Of a stretch of 32,000 nt of DNA, positions 22,789-32,000 are shown piece after piece. The translations under genes and the position numbers were made by a program. Source of the stretch: Paramicrosporidium saccamoebae KSL3 (Eukaryota > Fungi > Cryptomycota); contig MTSL01000178.1 of NCBI GenBank assembly GCA_002794465.1, positions 84,025-116,024 on the forward strand, in the 5' to 3' direction. The notes beneath the pieces are model-generated. The model searched no databases and was not told the origin of the DNA. It worked only from the letters and a program-made list of their open reading frames with translations. The stretch's first letter is position 1. Each line of letters starts with the position of its first letter.

Positions 22789-23517
22789 TTATTCGTGGCC
22801 AGGAGAGATCTCTTTCCGTTGTAATTCCTCGGCAATTTTGTGCGCGGTATAGTCTTCATATTCAAACCGGACAGTTGGGGCCACTCGAAGAGATAATTTC
22901 CGAGCAAGCTGGTACTTGATCGTTGCACTGGTAGCAGCAAGTGCAGCTTCCAAATTTTTACGGTACAAACGATAGTCGTCCTGGTCGTCAATGGTCCAGC
23001 GGATGACACAATATTGGTAATCGGAGCTTTGTTCCACTCGGCTTACCCTCCATACTGGCAAACGAATATAAGGGTCTTTGACGTCAGTGCTCAGGATTCC
23101 GACAATTTCACTGTATATGCGCTCTCTGGTACGGGCCATACGGACGGAAATCTGGGCACATTTTTTTTCTTCAGCTCGAATCTGTGGTCGCGGTCGGAGC
23201 CTTTTGCTTCTGGACGGCAATTCCGCAACCGTTCCGTCCACAAGTTTCACACGCCTACTCTCAACTAACGCATCGTCTAGTAGTTTTTGGCGCTGCAGGC
23301 GCGGTATAGAACGAATGATATGGTCCGGGACAAACTGTCCGCAGGCGTCGGGGCTTTGAGACTTTTCTGCTGAACGGACGTCAACAATCCCGACGGACGG
23401 CTTCTCTCGAAGGACGATAAGTCTGGCAGCTATATTCAAGCCGGGAAGCGAGCTTGCAAAACGGAAATAATGATGAAGGGAAAAGTCCCAGACATGTTGG
23501 TTCGGAAACCGGAGCAT
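22789..23517 (-). CDS. RBFA: Probable mitochondrial ribosome-binding factor A (RbfA domain after a basic targeting-like N-terminus), 242 aa
   Basis: VSRVEQSSDYQYCVIRW and IKYQLARKLSLRVAPTVRFEYED resemble the RbfA KH-like fold (V..S.D...A.V and LR..P.L.F..D). The N-terminus is Arg/Ser-rich and acid-poor. Confidence 0.75.
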   Translation of the reverse strand: MLRFPNQHVWDFSLHHYFRFASSLPGLNIAARLIVLREKPSVGIVDVRSAEKSQSPDACGQFVPDHIIRSIPRLQRQKLLDDALVESRRVKLVDGTVAELPSRSKRLRPRPQIRAEEKKCAQISVRMARTRERIYSEIVGILSTDVKDPYIRLPVWRVSRVEQSSDYQYCVIRWTIDDQDDYRLYRKNLEAALAATSATIKYQLARKLSLRVAPTVRFEYEDYTAHKIAEELQRKEISPGHE

Positions 23518-23599
23518 CCTAAAAAGGAAAGTCAGATTAAGCCATCGACTGCCTGGGTCTAAAACTTTTTACGAGCCAGCAGGCTTTTCTCGAGTTGCG

Positions 23600-26194
23600 A
23601 TGGCTGAAGTCAATATTGAGCGACAGGTTCGTGCAGTGCTAGGTACTGGAGCGCGACGGATGTAAATGACCGTAGAATCCTTGCAAACGCAATCCCCGAA
23701 GCAGGCTCTGAACATTTGTGAAAAATATCTCAAGAAGAATGCCCGCTCTACCCAATTGCTTGCCATAAAGGCGCTTCTTCTCGTTTATATGGGCAAGGAT
23801 AGTCAAGGATTAGAACTTGCGTACGAACTCATAGCCCAGAAGCCAACTGACTTGATTACGCTCGGTAACCTTGATAAGGTGCTTGTGACCGCCAATGACT
23901 GTACAGGCAATGCAGTGCTTTAGTTTGTAGATAAGGCTTCTGTTGTCATGTTTGAAGAAGCGTTTCGCATTGTCCCGACTGAAGACATTGGTTCATTGTG
24001 GTTCTTTAGCGTCCTTCGTACGCCAGAGAGCAGATCTCTGTTTCCCATTGCGTTAAAGTTGCACACCATGTTTAAAGGAATGAGATATCTCTTTTGGGCT
24101 ATTCTAGCTCTTCATATCCAAAACCGTTCGCCCACAGCTAGCGGGAAGAGTGAATTAGAAGCAGAAAAGTCGATGAAGCTTGCCGAGAAGATGATAATCA
24201 AAGCATTCTCCACAGACAAGGTCAACCAGCGAAGTTTAGAAGAGTTGCTCCTCTTGATTGTCACCCTTCAGACTACTGAAAATCATGCTGATGCTCTGAG
24301 TATCCTCGATTCCGCTACCGGGATATCCTTCCCCAATCTTGATGAACGCGAGATTATCCGCGCTGATCTCCTGGAAAAGAGTGGCAAATGGGAGGAAGCC
24401 ATTGAACATTTACAAGAGATCCTCCTGCGCCGCGGGATATTTGATTGGACCGCATGGAAGCTTTACGTAAAAGCGGCCGATAACAGCGTAGCACGTTCCG
24501 ATCTTGTGAAAGGGATGCATGATTTTATTCCAAAGTTGGAAAAGCAGAGCGATAAGAGGAGTCTGATGTTGGCTAAAATTGATGCGGGTATTGTCTTCAA
24601 ATCAGACTTCTGTAACGAAGAGTCCTTGGTTAATTACATTCTCGAATACATTGAAGAATTCCGAGACAGAGGTTGCTGCGTGCCGGATATGCAACATACT
24701 TCTGCCTCGTTGCCAGTCTCGGTTCTTGAAGTGTTGGTTGAAAGGTGCCTTGCCAAATGTGCATCGAGCGCAGAATTGCTAGAAATTACGTGGCATCAGC
24801 TGGAGAGGATTTTCCACTTGCGGTTGCTCAGTAAGACAGAGGGCGTGGGTGCTCCATTTGACCCCGATTCAAAGATTTCAATCCTCGAAACGGTATTACC
24901 CAAAACGACAGGATCGTCGGAAGTATTGGCAACGGGATGGCTCCATCTAGCCACATTGCACGTTGACCGTGATGCTGAGGGAGATTTATTAAAGGCTGCA
25001 ATGTATGGAACTAAAGCGATGAATGCAGCACCGGATAATTTTTCTGCCAAACTCTTCCTAATTCTTGTATATCTCAAGCTCGGCTCCGTTACCCTCGCTC
25101 TAGATCTCTTTAGATCGCTTGATGTCAAGCAGCTGCAACTTGATACTTTGGCTTATATCATATCCGATCATTTGTTGGAGCTTGGAGATCTGGAGCATGC
25201 AGAGCTCTTCTTCCATGAGTCATTCTTCATCTATGACGAAAATCGCACTCAATCATGGTCGCTCATTGCCGAAGCGTTTAGTCGGGGGAGCTTCTCCAAC
25301 GTGCCCGAATTTTACGAATTTGCACGTCGTTTAGAATATTCACTTCAAGCGGTTGCATGCATCTGCGGAACTATTAGAACGGAACTCTTGACCAAGGATC
25401 TGGAGATAGTCGCTTCCTACCTTGAAGGCCTGAAACCCGATGACCTCTTATTTGGAGACGAATTTATGCTAAATTTAAGCGACAATCGTGATCGAGACGT
25501 AGTGGACTTTGTCGATCATGCGGGAGTAGTAAAGAGCAAGATTTTAAACCAGCTCCCTACTTTCGGACGCACCTCCATTCTCATCTACACTTTTATTCCA
25601 ATTCTCTTACGGGGGCTTTTATTTGATGATGCCAATCAACTGGATTTGCTGGTGAAAAAGTTTATTGAGAATCAAGCAAAGATAGAGTCACACCCCGTTA
25701 GTGCTGCTGAGGCCACTCGTCTGTCATTTGTACAGTCCTTGATTACTGTCGTGACAAATTATATCGAGTCTGAAAAAGATGCAAAGGTCATGATAGATGG
25801 TCTCAATGAACTCTTGTCAACCAAGCAAGTAGTTCAGTCTGCGATTGCTCCAAGTTATGAGAGTATATCCGCCATTGAGTGGGAACTGGAACGCAGCCAT
25901 TGGATTGTCTTGACTGTAGGATTCTTGATAAAAGGCAAGCCACTGGTCAAAAACAGAAAGTTGGCTAAGAATATCGCGAACGAGTTGCTTGGAAATTTGG
26001 AGGATCAGTCATCGTCGCACTTGGCAGCACTCGGGGAATTAACGACAAACCTCTCAGGTCAAGAGTGCCCCGTTCAGGATTGCGACGAGGTCTGGTCAGC
26101 ACTCACTCAATCCTTTAAACATTCTATAACGGCATTCCTCAAGATATGCGGAAACACTGGATCGCTTCTCAGCTGTATTCGTAATTACGACTAA
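23600..26194 (+). CDS. NAA25: NatB N-acetyltransferase auxiliary subunit NAA25/Mdm20 (TPR-rich), 843 aa
   Basis: join(23600..23642,23676..23900,23931..26194). ERQVRAVLESL...KQALNICEKYLKK, LKLHTMFKGMRYLFWAI, FRSLDVKQLQLDTLAY, FSNVPEFYEFARRLEYSLQ. Confidence 0.9.
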
Positions 26195-26334
26195 ACCGGC
26201 CCCGAAGACACCCGGGCCGTAGAAAAAACTAAAGGGCAAAGAATAAACATCTTTGAATGTGAGGTTTATAAAGACCCTTTATCCCTGGCCCCTAGTTATA
26301 TTATCTTACGATATAGTTTCGCATTATTATTCTG

Positions 26335-28075
26335 ATGACATTTGTCAAGAAAATTGCTCCACACATAAAGAGGTTATCCAAACCTATCAGGTATATTTTC
26401 TTCAGAGTCTTTCCTTGTAGCGCCGTCTGCTTCCTAAGTGCTGTTATCTACATATTCCTACTACCCAGGCGCGAGCTTTCCTATCGGACTTATATCTCTG
26501 AGAGTGCACTTATGCCGGACTATGTACTGTTATGCTGGTGGGTGCTCATTGTACTCAGGCATTTGGGCACTTTACAGAGGATTTTTATGAGGAGATGAAG
26601 AAAATTGCGGGCGAACTGGGAGAGATGACTACTGCATCCGAGGCGATCAACGTAATCTTGGGGCATCTCAAAGACTCTTGCAGTCAGGTTGGAGTCCACG
26701 ACCAGACCACTCCGTATGGAATACTGTCACCAGAGAGGGCGGATGGAACAGAGGGAATGGTGTTCATGGCTCCATTCCGCACTGCTTCTGGAACCGTTAA
26801 CAAGTGCGGCATTGCTTACGTCCTTGCTGCAGCAAAGCAGTATAAAAAGTTCAAGTTTTGGTCACGGAATTTTGTAATCTTATTCCCTGGGATCGGAATG
26901 TCCACTGAAGGTAAAGTGTTCTCTGCAGTGGAGAAATGGTTGGAGGCTTACCACAAGATTAAGCCGGGAATATCTCTGTCGTCTGGAGCACTGCAAACTG
27001 GATTGTCCATTGAACTCGAAGGCGATCAGTGCTCTATGCCATTTGGCGATCCCGAAGTCTACCTCGAAGGTCCAGATGGCTTACTGCCTAATCTTGATGT
27101 TGTGAATTCTCTCGTAATGATTGAACGTCACCGAGGGGGAACTTTGAGACTCTTCCCGAAAGACAGTTTTTGGTACACGTTATGGTCGAGGATCAGCAAT
27201 AATTATATTCGCGGAGTTGTTCACGCTGCATCCATGCTGGTTCGACAAGCCAGTGGGTACCCTGCTTTTTGCCATGGACCAATGCTTAAATATCGAATCG
27301 ATATTCTTACACTCGGGTTTAGGCAAATGCCCCGTGAAGGGTCATCTGAATATATCAACAAGAATCTCTTTGAGTATCCTCAGCATCTTGCTTAACACAT
27401 TTTAGGATTGTGGAGATTACGTTCCGAAGTTTGAGTAACTTGCTTGAGCACATTCACCACTCATTCTTTTTCTACCTGCTGACAGATAACGACCGTTATG
27501 TTTCCATCATGAACTATATTGCCATTGGAGTCTTGCCTATCGCTGGATTGCTTGTCTGCTTTTTTTCCCGAGCTTCGCGTGGATCAGTGTTGGCGAGCTT
27601 TGCAATGTTTTTCCTGACCGCTAGCATCAATGCCGCGGCTGTGTGCGGCTTTTCGTTCTCAAACAAATCGCCATTAATGCTCATTTTACCCACAATCTTG
27701 CTTATCCTCTTTATCAGACGGGTTGCACCAAAGGCTGGAATTAATTCGTCCATTTGTCTGATTGCTGCCGTCTCTCTTACGGCTCAGATCTTCTTAAACT
27801 TTGGCCTTGCTGTCGTTTTGGGACTTTGCTATGGGCCAATACTCGCTTTTGCCGGCCGATCGCCAGCATGGGCAGCATTTTGTGCCCTCTGTAGCCCGTT
27901 GATGATTTTCACCATCCTCTACGCATCTGGAAATCCATGGGCATCATTTTTGGCTGACCGACTCATGACATGGAATGCGGGCCTTCCATTTATCCTGTGG
28001 CAACCGCTAGTTCTCCTGGCCTGCGCAGGAGACGACGCTTCTCCAACAAATATTCGACACGAAAAACAAGAATAA
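26335..28075 (+). CDS. GPAA1: GPI transamidase component Gaa1/GPAA1, 557 aa
   Basis: join(26335..26523,26559..27373,27406..28075). RTYISESALMP, RADGTEGMV, EGPDGLLPNLDVVN, FRSLSNLLEHIHHSFFFYLL, multiple C-terminal transmembrane segments. Confidence 0.93.
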
Positions 28076-28322
28076 ACTTTTAAAAAACATGGATATTCAG
28101 CCTGTAAGAGAAGAGCCACCTTTTAAACAACATTGACTTCAGACCGTGAGAGAAGAATCAACTTTTAAACAACACGCATGTTCAGCATGCAAAACGAGAA
28201 TCAACAAATAACATGGATATTCAGCTTGCAAAACGAGAATTAACAAATAACATGGATATTCAACGCATACAAAACAGGAATAAACTTTATTTTCTAAACA
28301 GCACGGATATATAGCACTATAA
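28066..28322 (+). repeat. Degenerate minisatellite, six units of about 39-49 nt, spanning the GPAA1 and LSM6 stop codons
   Basis: Units start at about 28066, 28109, 28151, 28194, 28233 and 28274. Core approximately gagaat(c/t/a)aac...aacatggatattcagc.tgcaaaa. Confidence 0.85.
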
Positions 28323-28578
28323 CAGTTAGCCAGAGAACAGTTCATGTACCATTATTGCCACGAATGAAGGCATCGCCATAAGTTCTATGACGTACCCCAT
28401 CAATCCACTCCTCAGCCTGTTCTAGGGCAATATTCATATATCCATCCAAGCAGACGAGTCTTCCTTGATATTCTGCCCCCGAGTTTAGGCGAACTAGAAC
28501 AGCTTGGCCGATAACTTGCTTGAGAAAATCGCCGGGACTGCGCAAGACTTGACTAAATGGCTTCTTAGTCTCAGACAT
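28294..28578 (-). CDS. LSM6: U6 snRNA-associated Sm-like protein LSm6, 83 aa
   Basis: complement(join(28294..28316,28350..28578)). PGDFLKQVIG..V.V.LNSG, LVCLDGYMNIALEQ and YGDAFIRGNNVLYI are diagnostic for LSm6 rather than SmF. Confidence 0.95.
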
Positions 28579-28600
28579 TACGAATATATGGGGTATTTCT

Positions 28601-29547
28601 TTATTCGTCAACAAATGGAGCCACCATGAATTCTAGAAATGCAGTTTCGTTTGAGATCGGCACCATCATTTGTAAGGACAACAGGCCGGTTGGACCGACC
28701 CTTAATGAGCATTTGCATGCACTTGAAAGTCCACGAAGTGCCCCTTTCAGAAATAGTGTTGGATATGTGAATGAAATGGGCTCAAGACACGAAAATGCCT
28801 CAACTCGATCTGCCTCGGTGGAGAGTGTAACCTGCACTGTTCTTATGTGATCTTGGCTGGTTAGCGTGACTACGTTTAAGGACGGGTCGGCCTCGATGGT
28901 GAATCTAGTATGTTCTGAAAATTGAACGAGGCATTCTCTTAAAAGAGCCGCCTAAATCATCAATCAGGGCTCTCTAAGATACTTTGCAAATTATTTTTGT
29001 AGAGATTTCTGTCAATTTTACGTTGGGGAAGGATGGCAACGCTATTGTTGCTAACTGACACTCCACTTGGAGATTCGTTGAGGTTTCGCCCGATCTACAT
29101 AGATTCGGATAGGCTCACAACGGACAGTACCGAAACGAGGCTCTGTCAAATGCGCTGCTCCATTCCAAGCTATACGTAGAGAGGGGGTCTTGTCCACGCT
29201 TTCCCAAACCGGTCGGCGTCTTACAGAACTCCAAGACTTGCAGCAGCTGCTGCATCGGAAGTACAAAAACCCGAGAGTCGTCCTCTTCCTGTGTATCGCT
29301 GTCATCGGGGCATCTCCAATGCCAACCTTTGAAGGCAGACCGTGGGAGATACAAGTGCGACTGGAGTGTCTTATGATGGTCGGTGGACAACTTTAAGCCT
29401 TCGTCACTTGGCACAAACAGCACTGATGGATTCTAATTCAGTTTAGCAGTGACTAATCCCCTTTACCTGATGACTTTCATGATGCAGAGCTTTGATTAAC
29501 GCAACCAGTTTACTCTCCAAGGTCCCCTCGATTCTCAGAGACGCCAT
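28601..29547 (-). CDS. RAD1: 9-1-1 checkpoint clamp subunit Rad1 (Rad1/Rec1/Rad17 family), 281 aa
   Basis: complement(join(28601..28951,28983..29094,29131..29432,29467..29547)). EGLKLSTDHHKTLQSHLYLPRSAF and CKCSLRVGPTGLLSLQMMV...FLEF; length matches the family. Confidence 0.8.
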
Positions 29548-29660
29548 TGGCGCAAAGACAAATGTTTTATTTTAATACCATGTTACGTGGTAGGAAGTGG
29601 AGGCCCCTTTATCGGAAATCTTGCTCCGCTATATATTAGCTCTAATACATGCGTGCCATT

Positions 29661-30488
29661 TTATGCAACTCCAAGGTTTAAAAGCGTGCTCTGCCCGCCT
29701 GGGAGATATGAAACATTCTTGGCCGTGCTCAGGCTAGCAGCAACTTCTTTGGCCGCTTCGATGCGACGCAGCTCCACAATCCCAGTCCCTGACTTTTCCA
29801 TTGCATCTGACAGAATCTTGGCTGCATGAGCCTCTGCCTGTGCTCTGATAATGGCCGCACTCTTTTCATGCTCGCTCTTCTCGACGATGAAGCGAGCACG
29901 CTCTGCATCTTGCTGGGCCACTTGTTTAGCTTCTACTGCTCGTGTAAAGTCGGGCCCAAATGTGAGATGGGTTAGGGAGACGTCTTCCAAACGAATATTA
30001 AATTCCATTGCACGCTTCAACAGTTCTTCGCGGATGCGCGCTGATACGACCTCGCGTTGAGTTATAAGTTCGCTGGCATCAAATTGAGCAACGGTGGCTT
30101 TCAACACTTCATTACCAATGGATGGCAGTACACGTTCATCATAGTCGGGTCCCAATCGGGAATAAATAGTTGGAAGCTTTTCAATATCCGGTCGATGGAG
30201 CACGCGCAGTGTCAGTGATACAGTCTGCATATCTTTGCTGCCTGTAGTGGTCGTGATGATACGTGGGCGAGTGCGAATGTCATAAATAATGGCTCGCTGA
30301 AGCCACGGGATTACAAAGTGCATTCCCTCCCCGACAACTGTCTGCTTCACACCAGCCAGACGGTCAAAAATGACTGCACGCTGACCACCATCAACGCTGT
30401 ATATACTAGAAGACATGATAGACGCACCAATACCCACTGGAACTGCCCACTTGACCAAACGCTCGAATAGTGCGGATTGAAACGACAT
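29661..30488 (-). CDS. PHB1: Prohibitin 1, 275 aa, intronless
   Basis: [82 protein letters not shown]. The real start is ATG 30488, not the 30848 start of the ORF track. Confidence 0.97.
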   Translation of the reverse strand: MSFQSALFERLVKWAVPVGIGASIMSSSIYSVDGGQRAVIFDRLAGVKQTVVGEGMHFVIPWLQRAIIYDIRTRPRIITTTTGSKDMQTVSLTLRVLHRPDIEKLPTIYSRLGPDYDERVLPSIGNEVLKATVAQFDASELITQREVVSARIREELLKRAMEFNIRLEDVSLTHLTFGPDFTRAVEAKQVAQQDAERARFIVEKSEHEKSAAIIRAQAEAHAAKILSDAMEKSGTGIVELRRIEAAKEVAASLSTAKNVSYLPGGQSTLLNLGVA

Positions 30489-30957
30489 GGAATCACTCTG
30501 CCAGGGCAGGGCTGGAACGATGGGTGACCATGAAAAGTGGGAGGCGGTCCTTTTGAAAGACGAAGAACGTAAGAAAGGTAAAGCAGAGCCTGTGGACAAG
30601 AGGTCACTGTACGAACGCTTGCAAGAACAAAAAGAGAAAGAAGACGCAGAGTACATGGAGAGATTAAAGGGAACGAACAAGACTGCGGCCCTTGTTGAGG
30701 AAGATGTTTTATATTTGGAAGAGATTGAGATGAGAAAGAGGAACCGCGAAAGACAACTTGAAGAGGAGGAACAGAATTTGGTGAAGGAATTCAAGAAACA
30801 AAGGCAGGACAAGTTCAATCCTGTTTCCGATGTCATCTTCGATCCCACTGTTGATCAGGAGAGGAAGAACAGTAGTTTAAAGGAAAAGAGGCAAGACTTA
30901 GGGATCGCTCCCAAAAAGAGACTGGATTTAGGGATCGTACCGAAAAGGAAAACCTGA
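30487..30957 (+). CDS. FAM192A: FAM192A/NIP30/PSME3IP1 (Fyv6-like) nuclear coiled-coil protein; start at 30487 or more likely 30520
   Basis: [13 protein letters not shown]...EYMERLK...[13 protein letters not shown]...[11 protein letters not shown] matches the Nefa_Nip30_N motif pattern. Confidence 0.8.
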   Translation: MESLCQGRAGTMGDHEKWEAVLLKDEERKKGKAEPVDKRSLYERLQEQKEKEDAEYMERLKGTNKTAALVEEDVLYLEEIEMRKRNRERQLEEEEQNLVKEFKKQRQDKFNPVSDVIFDPTVDQERKNSSLKEKRQDLGIAPKKRLDLGIVPKRKT

Positions 30958-31009
30958 TTTAGGGATCGTATCGAAAAATAGAGACTGGATTTGGGGGGTT
31001 ACACCGAAC
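30886..31009 (+). repeat. Four 30-33 nt tandem repeats encoding a (K/R)xxDLG(I/V)xPK-like unit across the FAM192A stop
   Basis: Units 30886-30915, 30916-30945, 30946-30976 and 30977-31009; core gatttagggatcg. Confidence 0.85.
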
Positions 31010-31233
31010 AAGAAAGCGTCCTAGGTTAGCTGTGTAGAGAAAAGGAACTTGTTGGACAATATCTGTTTGCGATTGATGGCTCCAATCCTAAATGCCACCT
31101 CATAAAATATCCCTAACAAATTACGGCAGCGCCATCAGAGTTAATTAAATAACTAGTTCCCAAACTGACCTTTTAAGCCCAATTCTAGGCTAGCATTATA
31201 ATCACAGCAATATTTTTACTAGTCAATCCAATT

Positions 31234-32000
<767 letters not shown>

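Noticed and set aside
28066-28322. CRISPR-like periodicity
   Set aside because: Eukaryotic context, whole units are homologous with no unique spacers, and there are no cas genes.
28139-28345. Cys-rich repetitive minus-strand ORF (QAEYPCYLLILVL units)
   Set aside because: Its ATG lies inside the LSM6 intron and the repeat units are not consistently multiples of 3. It is a translation of the minisatellite.
66-29610. Recurring GGCCCC in spacers (near 68, 6828, 26198, 26287, 29602) as a microsporidia-like CCC/GGG start motif
   Set aside because: Distance and orientation to start codons are inconsistent, and it is absent upstream of most genes.
30489-30848. 120-aa N-terminal extension of PHB1 in the ORF track (29661..30848)
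   Set aside because: It is the Ser/Phe/Leu-rich antisense shadow of the Glu/Lys-rich FAM192A CDS. Prohibitin homology starts at ATG 30488.

Overview
Eukaryotic nuclear DNA from an extremely compact genome, with no prokaryotic, mobile-element or CRISPR features. I could model 21 housekeeping genes by hand: CysRS N-terminus (partial), CHMP7, FIBP, TFB4, HYOU1/LHS1, proteasome beta5, KAE1, proteasome beta6, DOP1, ZPR1, RMD1-family, synaptojanin-like, RNF121, RBFA, NAA25, GPAA1, LSM6, RAD1, PHB1, FAM192A/NIP30 and GFA1 (partial). These contain 52 tiny GT-AG introns of 25-39 nt, and every spliced model sums to a multiple of 3. Many spacers are 0-85 bp. Gene content and architecture suggest an early-diverging fungal or Rozellomycota/microsporidia-related lineage (inference only). 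Main leads: (1) a telomerase-RNA candidate in the FIBP-TFB4 spacer (UAACCCUAA template, pseudoknot, hTR-like CAAACUAAAAA); (2) a 32-nt U12-like intron in GPAA1; (3) donor sites with almost no +5G conservation; (4) a dispersed ~45-nt intergenic element in three copies; (5) abutting or overlapping start and stop codons. All RNA structures were folded by eye and gene identities come from remembered motifs; no searches were run.
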